From Planctomycetales bacterium (GTDB taxonomy: Bacteria; 4484-113; JAFGCY01), in contig CP060262.1 in the NCBI GenBank assembly GCA_022646745.1, forward strand, positions 990,001 through 1,022,000: DNA of 32,000 bases. Direction: 5' to 3'. This document shows positions 25,009 through 32,000 of this stretch, piece by piece; position 1 is the stretch's first letter; every line of letters begins with the position of its first letter. The notes under the pieces are model-generated. The model worked only from the letters and a program-made list of their open reading frames with translations, was not told the DNA's origin and did no database searches. The position numbers and the translations under genes are program-made.

Positions 25009-26277
25009 TCAGTCAATGGCGTTGTCGCCACTCTTGAGCGTGATCACCGGCTGCAGGCGGTGCACGATCTTCACGAGGTCTCTCTGGCGGGCCATCACCT
25101 CGTCAATGTCCTTGTAGGCCTGCGGTGCCTCATCGATGCAGCCGCTGTCAGCCAGCGTGAAGGTGCCAGCCAGGCTCTGCTCCATGTCCGCCGTGCTGAA
25201 CTCACGCTTCGCCTGGGTCCGGCTCATCGCGCGGCCCGCACCGTGGCTGCAGGAGTGGAAGGAGTCGGCATTGCCAAGCCCCTCCACGATGTAGCTCGCG
25301 GTACCCATGCTGCCCGGGATGATGCCCGGCTGGCCGGCCCGCGCAGCGGTGGCTCCCTTGCGGTGCACCAGCACGTTCCTGCCGAAATGGTTCTCCATCG
25401 AGGCGAAGTTGTGCGGCAGGTTGAGCATGCGCTCCTCCTTAAACTCCACATCGAGTGCGCCGAGCGCGCCGCGCAGCATCTCCTTGCGGTTGAACAGCGC
25501 GTACTGCACCGACCACTGCATGTCGGCCAGGTAGTCCCGGCCATCCTCGCTGTCAGTCGGCAGCCAGTTCAGGCTCGGCGGGGCCTCGCTCTTCCACTGT
25601 GCATTCAGCTCACGCGCCCGGCGGTCGTAGTGACCCGCGAGGCGCAGGCCGATGTTACGCGAGCCGGAGTGCACCATGATCCAGACGTTGCCATCCTCGT
25701 CACGCTGCGCCTCCAGGAAGTGGTTGCCACCGCCGAGCGTGCCCGCCTGGCGGACCAGCTGCTCATGCAGGGAACGGAACTTGCGGCCCGGTTCGAGCTG
25801 GCCGGCGGCCCGCGGCTGCTTGTGCCAGTCCTCCGAGCCGAAGTGCTCGACGGCACGCTGTTCACGCTCCGGACCGCCACGGTTGCCCCGGCGGTCCCGC
25901 TCGTGGCAGGAGAAGCCGACCGGCACCGCCTCAGCGGTGCGGCTGAGCCAGCCCTGCCAGAAGGCACGCGTTGCCATTTCGCCCTCGAACTTCAGCCCGG
26001 TGTTGACGGCCGCCATCCCGCAGCCGATGTCCACTCCGACGCAGTTCGGCACGACGGCGCCATCAAGCGCCATCACGCTGCCGACGGTCGCGCCCTTGCC
26101 ATAGTGGCAGTCCGGCATGATCGCGAGGTGCCGGTAGAGCTGCGGCATGGTTGCCATCTTGCGGATCTGCTCGGCCGCGCTGCCCTCGATGGCAGCCGGG
26201 TCAGCCCAGCTGCGGGCGAAACGGCCGTTGCCGCAGTCGATCACCTGGTGGGTTGAAACATGTCCCATGGTCTCCAT
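25009..26277 (-). CDS. rtcB: RNA 3'-phosphate/2',3'-cyclic phosphate-5'-OH ligase RtcB
   Basis: GGGNHFLE, HSGSRNIG, GSMGTASYIV and SCSHGAGR motifs. ATG 26277 is preceded by AAGGA. The track start 26307 is a TTG. Confidence 0.93.
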   Translation of the reverse strand: METMGHVSTHQVIDCGNGRFARSWADPAAIEGSAAEQIRKMATMPQLYRHLAIMPDCHYGKGATVGSVMALDGAVVPNCVGVDIGCGMAAVNTGLKFEGEMATRAFWQGWLSRTAEAVPVGFSCHERDRRGNRGGPEREQRAVEHFGSEDWHKQPRAAGQLEPGRKFRSLHEQLVRQAGTLGGGNHFLEAQRDEDGNVWIMVHSGSRNIGLRLAGHYDRRARELNAQWKSEAPPSLNWLPTDSEDGRDYLADMQWSVQYALFNRKEMLRGALGALDVEFKEERMLNLPHNFASMENHFGRNVLVHRKGATAARAGQPGIIPGSMGTASYIVEGLGNADSFHSCSHGAGRAMSRTQAKREFSTADMEQSLAGTFTLADSGCIDEAPQAYKDIDEVMARQRDLVKIVHRLQPVITLKSGDNAID

Positions 26278-26512
26278 TTCGTTTTCCTTATAACTTGTCT
26301 CAATCAATTCCGTGCACGAATCATGATTGTCATGTTGATCCCGCCTTTTCGCAACTGCGGGAGATGTTGGTTCAGCGCGACCCGGTGAAACTTGCTTTCA
26401 CCGCAGCGCCAGTCCGAAGAGCGCTTGCGCGAATCGGAAAAACACACAAGCGTTGGTGGGGTGTCTAGTGGTGCGGTCTGCCGGCTGGTGTCGTCCTGCT
26501 CAGGACAGCCGG

Positions 26513-26596
26513 CTATCTATCGAGGAGATATCGGAGTATGGCCGACCCGGATTGCCGCACTGCACATGGCTTGCTGTTTCGCTTCACTACTTTCAT
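26513..26596 (-). CDS. Candidate 27-codon small ORF (MKVVKRNSKPCAVRQSGSAILRYLLDR) in the rtcB upstream region
   Basis: GGAGG (26607-26603) lies 6 nt before AUG 26596 and about 40 nt downstream of the consensus promoter. The stop codon forms the base of the 26480-26513 hairpin. No homology recognised. Confidence 0.3.
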   Translation of the reverse strand: MKVVKRNSKPCAVRQSGSAILRYLLDR

Positions 26597-26642
26597 GCTG
26601 CACCTCCGGGTGGAATATCCCCGCCATTGGCAGGGTCGAGGG

Positions 26643-26670
26643 ATTATACCCGTGATTCAGAAGTTGTCAA
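26643..26670 (-). promoter_or_regulatory. Perfect-consensus sigma70 promoter (TTGACA, 16 nt, TATAAT) pointing toward rtcB
   Basis: On the minus strand, TTGACA is at 26670-26665 and TATAAT at 26648-26643. This is the best promoter match seen in the window. Confidence 0.7.
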
Positions 26671-26754
26671 GCAAACGGGGGATGAGTTTTGCGGGATGGG
26701 GGATGAGGGAGGGAACAGGGAACCGGGATCAGCAGAAGCGGCTGCAAGCCGCTG

Positions 26755-26833
26755 TTGTCAGAATTCAGTGGTCAGTTTGCAGAAAGCAGTTGGCAGTTCC
26801 AATAACTGCAACCAGCAACCTACTCCCTGCAAC
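26755..26833. repeat. Opposed heptamer arrays: (NNNNCAG)x6 then (CTGCAAC-like)x4
   Basis: TTGTCAG AATTCAG TGGTCAG TTTGCAG AAAGCAG TTGGCAG has an exact 7-nt period. The right arm CTGCAAC CAGCAAC CTACTCC CTGCAAC follows. The TCAGTGGTCAGT..TTTGCAGAAA core is shared with 24866-24905. Confidence 0.8.
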
Positions 26834-26837
26834 CTGG

Positions 26838-27488
26838 TTAACGGCTGCTGAGCAGGGTGCGCTTGATGTCGAGGTAGTAGCGCTTCTTGAGCGTGGGCTT
26901 CAGCATGTCCGCCGTGGCGAACAGCGGGGCCGGGTTGCAGACCGCGCTCGACAGCTTGCGCTGCATCTGGTTGGCAATGCCGTAGTCCATCGCCGGGCAG
27001 CTTTCATCGCTGGTCGGGTAGTCCATTTCCTTCAGGCGGTCCACCGCCAAGCCGAGCATGTCTGAGTCGCGCCGGTAGTAGGCGATGTGGCTCATGCGGC
27101 TGGCGAGGTAGCCGCCCTCCCAGCCCTCGATGCGGGTGAAGGGTTCCAGCGTGTCCAGCCCGCTTTCACCGCTGGCGGCGATCACGTAGCGGCGCAGGCC
27201 TTCCTCGTACTCCGTCTCGGAATAATCCTGGTTGTTCTGGGCCGCCTGGGCGCAGAGCAGCTTGACGTAGTCGCCGCCGACGATGTCGCTGACCTGGCAG
27301 ACCGTGGCCAGCACCTTCCAGTCGGAGGGGCCGAACAGGCGCACGGTGGGCAGGCGCGGGATGGCGAGGTGGATCAGCTTTCCCATCAGGCGGAAATCGA
27401 AGAACACGTGCGGATTCGCCGCGAGATCGATCATCTCGAAGGTGAAATAGAAGTTGTGCAGGGGGTTCCTGTCGTTAGCTGATCCCAT
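26838..27488 (-). CDS. Hypothetical cytoplasmic protein (216 aa)
   Basis: ATG 27488 is preceded by GGGAGGAG 5 nt upstream. No signal peptide and no recognised domain. Confidence 0.65.
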   Translation of the reverse strand: MGSANDRNPLHNFYFTFEMIDLAANPHVFFDFRLMGKLIHLAIPRLPTVRLFGPSDWKVLATVCQVSDIVGGDYVKLLCAQAAQNNQDYSETEYEEGLRRYVIAASGESGLDTLEPFTRIEGWEGGYLASRMSHIAYYRRDSDMLGLAVDRLKEMDYPTSDESCPAMDYGIANQMQRKLSSAVCNPAPLFATADMLKPTLKKRYYLDIKRTLLSSR

Positions 27489-27645
27489 TTCTACTCCTCC
27501 CTTGAGATATTGCCCGCGCATAGATGATAACAATTTTCCCGGAATATTTCCATAATGAGTTGTTATTGATACAGTGTCTTGCCAGGCTTCAGGCCGCATC
27601 CAGACTCAGGCCAGACCTGGAATGCACCGCCTTGGAGCTTTTTCC

Positions 27646-28395
27646 CTACTGCTGGGGCTCGTCCTGGCTGGGGTTCTTGCCCGCCGGCGGGTACTTGTCC
27701 CACAGCTCGTCCACATTGCCAAGCTCATCGAGGCGGGCGAAGATCGCGTCGAATTCCTCGAAATGCTCCTCCAGCTGGCGGCGATCGATGGCGTAGTAGC
27801 CATCCGCCGTGCTGACCACACTGCGCAGCGCCGCAGCCAGCAGCTGGTACTGCTCTATTGCCAGCTGGCCATTGGGCCCGCCACCATCCGTGTCGAGCAG
27901 CAGCAGCACCAGGCTGCGCTTGAGCTGGATGATGCTCGAGATGCGCACGCTTTCATCAAGCTGGTCCGAGAGATAGCCTGCGGTGGCGTAGGCGATGCCC
28001 GAGGCCAGCGCGCCGGACAGTGCCGCTTCGCTCAGGCTGCGCTCGGAATGCGAAACCACGAGCATGCCGTCGAGGTAGCGCTTCAGTGCCGGCCAGTCCT
28101 TCTGGGTGAAGGCACAGTCCGCCAGGCGGTCGTAGAGGTAGATCGCCTCGCGGTAGACGCGGTAGTCGCTGGTATCCGTGTTGGTGTTGCGGAACTCCTC
28201 ACTGAGCGCCTCGAACATGCGGCGCGCCTCGGCATAGTCCCCGGACTGGTAGGTCTGCTCGGCCTTGCGGGAGTCCACGACGCTAGCGAGGGCAGGCCGG
28301 CACAGGCCACAGGCGCAAACGAGGAGCGCGATTGCGGCGATGCGAAGTGGATCCCTGAGGACTGCGGAGAAGATCACACAATAACGGTCGGTCAT
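27646..28395 (-). CDS. Secreted helical (TPR-like) hypothetical protein
   Basis: ATG 28395. Signal peptide-like IAAIALLVCACGLCRPALA. Helical repeats (YQSGDYAEARRMFEAL...). Confidence 0.6.
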   Translation of the reverse strand: MTDRYCVIFSAVLRDPLRIAAIALLVCACGLCRPALASVVDSRKAEQTYQSGDYAEARRMFEALSEEFRNTNTDTSDYRVYREAIYLYDRLADCAFTQKDWPALKRYLDGMLVVSHSERSLSEAALSGALASGIAYATAGYLSDQLDESVRISSIIQLKRSLVLLLLDTDGGGPNGQLAIEQYQLLAAALRSVVSTADGYYAIDRRQLEEHFEEFDAIFARLDELGNVDELWDKYPPAGKNPSQDEPQQ

Positions 28396-28421
28396 AGGGT
28401 GCAATTAACTAAAATAGCTGC

Positions 28422-29096
28422 ATGGCGCTTGACGTAATTTTGGGCATCGACGACCCCCGCCTGCTGCTCGGCATAGTCGAGATCACGGGCGGGACCCTTG
28501 GCGAATCCTCCGCGGAACTGCAGCAGGCCTGCTCAGAGCTGGCCACGCAGGTCTGTGCGGAGGACTTCAGTCTGGACGAAGGCCGGCGATCATCCGTTCG
28601 CAAGGTCCTCAAGCTGGCGGGATTCTCCGCCACCGGGCGCAACAAGCCGGCGCAGGAATTCCTGCTGGCGGATGTGCGGGAACGCGGGGCATTCAACCTG
28701 ATCAATAACTGTGTGGACGTGAACAACTATGTCTCGCTGAAGCACTGCCTGCCGATCAGCATCCTTGACGCCGGCAAGCTGGATGGGCGGCTGACGGCCC
28801 GGATCGCCAACGAGGGTGAAGGCTATGTCTTCAATAACGCCGGGCATCTGATCGACATGAAGAAGAGCATCTGCCTGTGCCGCGGTGAAGGAGATGGAGA
28901 ACCGACCGGCGGCCCAGTGAAGGATTCGATGGCAACGAAGATCTTCGAAGGCGCGACGGACTACATCGCCGTGCTGTATGCCTCTACAGAGGGCTTCAGC
29001 CGCGATGATGTGCAGGCCGCGGTGGACGAAATGGCAACGCTGCTGGCACGGGAGACCGGCGGGACGGTTGTCAGGCAGCAGGTGCTGCCTGAGTAG
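28422..29096 (+). CDS. B3/B4 (PheT-like tRNA-binding) domain-containing protein
   Basis: 224 aa. The core NLINNCVDVNNYVSLKHCLPISILD...GEGYVFNNAGHLIDMK resembles stand-alone B3_4 domain proteins. Confidence 0.7.
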   Translation: MALDVILGIDDPRLLLGIVEITGGTLGESSAELQQACSELATQVCAEDFSLDEGRRSSVRKVLKLAGFSATGRNKPAQEFLLADVRERGAFNLINNCVDVNNYVSLKHCLPISILDAGKLDGRLTARIANEGEGYVFNNAGHLIDMKKSICLCRGEGDGEPTGGPVKDSMATKIFEGATDYIAVLYASTEGFSRDDVQAAVDEMATLLARETGGTVVRQQVLPE

Positions 29097-29100
29097 GACT

Positions 29101-29200
29101 TAGGAGCTGGGTTGTAGGGGGTAGCAAGCGAGGGTGTAGGAGCCTGGGTGCAGGGGGTAGCAGGCGAGGGTGTAGGAGCTGGGGTGTGGGGCGTAGGGAT
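29101..29200. repeat. 36-nt tandem repeat, about 2.7 copies, each unit built of TAGG/TGGG-initiated heptamers
   Basis: Units start at 29101, 29137 and 29173: TAGGAGC TGGGTTG TAGGGGG TAGCAAG CGAGGGTG. Confidence 0.8.
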
Positions 29201-29318
29201 TTTGGGAGTAGAGCTGCGCTCGACCAGGATATGCTGGTGACACTTCGTGTCACGAATGCCGCACTCAATCCAGCCCCTGGCTGCAGTTCCTTCCAACCCT
29301 TTTTCTGAATCCTGGATT

Positions 29319-29445
29319 GCTACACCCTAGATCCGAGATCCTATGTCCTAGTATGCCTGGCCTCTGCTACACCCTAGATCCGAGATCCTATGTCCTAGTA
29401 TGCCTGGCCTCCGCTACACCCTACAACCGAGATCCTACATCCTAC
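29319..29445. repeat. 47-nt tandem repeat, about 2.7 copies, inverted relative to the 36-nt array and abutting the topA stop codon
   Basis: Units at 29319 and 29366 differ at one base. A third, diverged unit starts at 29413. The unit is GCTACAC CCTAGAT CCGAGAT CCTATGT CCTAGTA TGCCTGG CCTCT. Confidence 0.85.
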
Positions 29446-31799
29446 TCTTCAGCGCTTTCAGCGCTGACTGCAGCGCCCTCCTCCTCCTTGTCCTCATCGG
29501 TGAAGATGCCCTTGTGATTGTCACAGACGGCATTCGAGCAGTAGCGGCGGAAGCGGTCGGTGCCCTTGATCTTCTGCTCAGCGAGCCAGAAGCCGCACTT
29601 CTCGCACTTCTCCAGGAGCGGCTTGCCCCACAAGACGAAGTCGCAGTTGCCAACCTTGTTGCCATCCGGGGTCTCGTTGTTGCCACAGACGAGGATCACG
29701 CGGCGGTTGGGCAGGCGCTTCTTGTGCAGCTCGCCCTGGCACTTCGGGCACTTCGTCTGCAGCTCGCTCGTGTAGTCGCACTTCGGGTAGCCGGAGCAGC
29801 CGATGAACTTCGTGCCCCAGCGGCTGACCTTGACTGACAGCTCCTTGCTGCACTTCGGGCAGGGGTAGTCGACCTTCTGGCCGGCCTCGCTGACCGGGCG
29901 GTCGATGATGTTGCCCTTCTCGTCGATGTTCTTGATGTTTGAGCACTCCGGGTAGGCGGAGCAGCTCAGGAAGCGGCCGAACTTGCCATGGCGCAAAAGC
30001 ATCACGGAGCCGCACTTGTCACAGCTGTGCTCGGTCTCCTGCGGCTTGGCCTTGAAGTACTTCTTCTCCTCGCCTGCCGCGTCCACCTTGCTCTTGAAGG
30101 GCTGGTAGAAATTGCCAAGCACGTTGCGCCAGTCCATCTTGCCATCCTCGACCTCGTCGAGCTTGCCCTCCATGTCGCGGGTGAAGCCGACGTCGACGAT
30201 CTCGGGGAAGTAGTGCTCCATCATCTCCGTTGTCACGAAGCCCCACTCGGTGGGCTGGAACTGCTTCTGCACCCGGACGACGTAGTTGCGGAAGATGATC
30301 GTGTCGATGATCGAGGCGTAGGTGGACGGGCGGCCGATGCCGTACTCCTCCATCGCCTTGATCAGTGAGGCGTCGGTGTAGCGCGGCGGCGGCTTAGTGA
30401 AGTGCTGCGTCGGGCGCAGTTCCTCGAGGCTGACACCCTCGCTGGCTGACAGCGGCGGCAGCTCAGGCTGCTCGCTCTCATTGCGGGCGTCGCCATAGAC
30501 CTCGAGGAAGCCCTTGAACAGGGTGTTCGTGCTGGACAGGCGGAAGGTGTACTGCCCGCCGGTGATTTCGATTGAATGCGTCTCGAACTCCGCCGGCTTC
30601 ATCTGGCTGGCGATGAAGCGCTGCCAGATCAGGCGGTAGAGCCGCATCTGGTCCTCATTGAGGAAGCGCGCGAGCATCTCCGGGGCACGCTCGGCGCTGG
30701 TCGGGCGGATCGCCTCGTGGGCGTCCTGCGCATCCTTCTTGCTCTTGTAGTAGTTGGCCTTCTCCGGCAGGTGGGCCTGGCCGAAGCGGTTCAAGATCAG
30801 TGCGCGGGCGTCGTCAATCGCCGCCGGGTTGACACGCACGGAGTCGGTTCGCATGTAGGTGATCAGGCCCTCGGGGCCGCTGCCGAGGTCGATTCCCTCG
30901 TACAGCTGCTGCGCGATGCGCATGCTGCGCTTACCACTCCAGCCGAAGCGCCGGGCGGCATCCTGCTGCAGGGTGCTCGTGATGAAGGGCGGGGCCGGGC
31001 GGCGGGTGTGCTTGCGGCTCGAGATGTCGGAGACGGCGTAGCTCTGGGAGTTGGCATCGGCCACGAGCCTGTCCGCCTCCTCCTGGTTGCGGATGATCAC
31101 GCTGCGGCCGGTGTCCGCTCCGTTCTCCTCCTCACGGCGGTGCTCCTCGCTCGGGCGGCTGATGCGCTGGTCGCCGATGCGCACCAGGGCGGCCGTGAAG
31201 TTGTCAGAACCGCGGGAGAAGTCGGCTTCGAAATTCCAGTACTCCTCGCGGTTGAAGCTGCGGATCTCCTCCTCGCGCTCGCAGATCAGTCGCACCGCCA
31301 CGCTCTGCACGCGGCCGGCGGAGAGCCCGGGCTTGATCTTGCGCCACATCAGCGGGCTGATCTGGTAGCCGACCAGGCGGTCCAGCACGCGGCGCGCCTG
31401 GTAGGCGTCCACCAGCGAGGCGTTGATGTCGTGCGGGTTCTTCAGCGCCTCGAGCACGGCCTTCTTGGTGACTTCCTGGTACTCGACGCGCTTGACCGGC
31501 TTCTTCAGGATCTGCGCGACATGCCAGGCGATCGCCTCACCCTCGCGGTCGGGGTCGGTTGCCAGGTAGATCTCGTCGGCGTCCTTGATCGCGTCCTTGA
31601 GCGCCTTGATGGTCTTGGCCTTGCCGCGGATGTTCTGGTACTCCGGCTCGAAGTTCTTGTCAACGTCGACACCGAGGCTGCTCTTGGGCAGGTCCCGGAT
31701 GTGCCCGACGGTTGAAACCACCTTGAACTCCTTGCCAAGGTAGCGCGCGATTGTCTTGGCCTTGGTGGGCGACTCGACGATCAGTGCTTTATGTCCCAT
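29442..31799 (-). CDS. topA: DNA topoisomerase I
   Basis: TOPRIM ALIVESPTKAKTI...DPDREGEAI, active-site ITYMRTDSVRV, and multiple C-terminal Cx2C...Cx2C zinc ribbons. Confidence 0.95.
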   Translation of the reverse strand: MGHKALIVESPTKAKTIARYLGKEFKVVSTVGHIRDLPKSSLGVDVDKNFEPEYQNIRGKAKTIKALKDAIKDADEIYLATDPDREGEAIAWHVAQILKKPVKRVEYQEVTKKAVLEALKNPHDINASLVDAYQARRVLDRLVGYQISPLMWRKIKPGLSAGRVQSVAVRLICEREEEIRSFNREEYWNFEADFSRGSDNFTAALVRIGDQRISRPSEEHRREEENGADTGRSVIIRNQEEADRLVADANSQSYAVSDISSRKHTRRPAPPFITSTLQQDAARRFGWSGKRSMRIAQQLYEGIDLGSGPEGLITYMRTDSVRVNPAAIDDARALILNRFGQAHLPEKANYYKSKKDAQDAHEAIRPTSAERAPEMLARFLNEDQMRLYRLIWQRFIASQMKPAEFETHSIEITGGQYTFRLSSTNTLFKGFLEVYGDARNESEQPELPPLSASEGVSLEELRPTQHFTKPPPRYTDASLIKAMEEYGIGRPSTYASIIDTIIFRNYVVRVQKQFQPTEWGFVTTEMMEHYFPEIVDVGFTRDMEGKLDEVEDGKMDWRNVLGNFYQPFKSKVDAAGEEKKYFKAKPQETEHSCDKCGSVMLLRHGKFGRFLSCSAYPECSNIKNIDEKGNIIDRPVSEAGQKVDYPCPKCSKELSVKVSRWGTKFIGCSGYPKCDYTSELQTKCPKCQGELHKKRLPNRRVILVCGNNETPDGNKVGNCDFVLWGKPLLEKCEKCGFWLAEQKIKGTDRFRRYCSNAVCDNHKGIFTDEDKEEEGAAVSAESAEE

Positions 31800-31860
31800 A
31801 TATGCCTACTGCCTGATAGTGGAATTCACTGCCTATATATAAGGTGTCCGCTGAATTATT

Positions 31861-32000
31861 TCAAAGGCGGACATAATATCCGCCGCTGGCCGAGGAGATT
31901 AAACCCCTGATCTCCAGCATCGTCAAGAGGCTGGAGCATTGCGCCGTGTTCATCCCGAGCCGGCGCACGACCTCGTTGATGTGCGTTCCCTCATAGCTCA
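31861..32000 (-). CDS. dprA: DNA processing protein DprA, C-terminal winged-helix end (partial)
   Basis: Hand translation gives ...SYEGTHINEVVRRLGMNTAQCSSLLTMLEIRGLISSASGGYYVRL*. This is the typical DprA C-terminal WH domain, and dprA-topA adjacency is common. Confidence 0.65.
   Translation of the reverse strand, partial: SYEGTHINEVVRRLGMNTAQCSSLLTMLEIRGLISSASGGYYVRL

Noticed and set aside
26278-26837. Sigma54 promoter / RtcR-type control of rtcB.
   Set aside because: No TGGCAC-N5-TTGC(A/T) match on the minus strand and no rtcR gene. A sigma70 consensus promoter is present instead.
28961-29296. 111-aa Pro/Thr-rich minus-strand ORF (PTPHTPAPTPSPATP...).
   Set aside because: Its periodic sequence is simply the translation of the 36-nt repeat (12 codons). 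It overlaps the 3' end of the B3/4 gene and has no SD.
29101-29445. CRISPR array.
   Set aside because: The repeats are directly abutting tandem units (36 and 47 nt) with no unique spacers. The two blocks are inverted relative to each other and no cas genes are present.

Overview
High-GC bacterial chromosomal segment. Hand counts on sample 60-nt lines give about 63-67 % GC in core genes. Nearly all genes are on the minus strand. Housekeeping genes recognised from motifs in the translations are rpmB, an lptF/G-family permease, gcvH-gcvPA-gcvPB, a fur-family gene, mutL, a tetR-family gene, dnaA, trxB, rtcB, topA and the 3' end of dprA. Between them lie many secreted, lipoprotein or membrane-anchored proteins: two tandem dockerin + PQQ-like beta-propeller lipoproteins, two membrane-anchored propeller proteins, an FG-GAP repeat protein, two tandem CAP/SCP-domain lipoproteins, a type II pseudopilin and an FGE-sulfatase-family protein. 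LptF/G and the pseudopilin indicate a diderm organism; I cannot place it further. No rRNA, tRNA, CRISPR array, transposase, integrase or recognisable defence genes were seen. The unusual signals are non-coding. (1) The 530-nt gap upstream of rtcB holds a perfect-consensus sigma70 promoter, an SD-led 27-codon sORF and a hairpin-rich leader of about 360 nt. (2) A low-GC insert of about 2 kb (FGE-family gene plus about 1 kb of palindrome-dense ORF-free DNA) sits between the tetR-family gene and dnaA, with GNRA-capped hairpin repeats at both ends. (3) Intergenic spacers across the window are built from 7-nt-phased short repeats, often as opposed arrays that form long imperfect hairpins. All product calls rest on motif recognition by eye; no database search or folding computation was possible.
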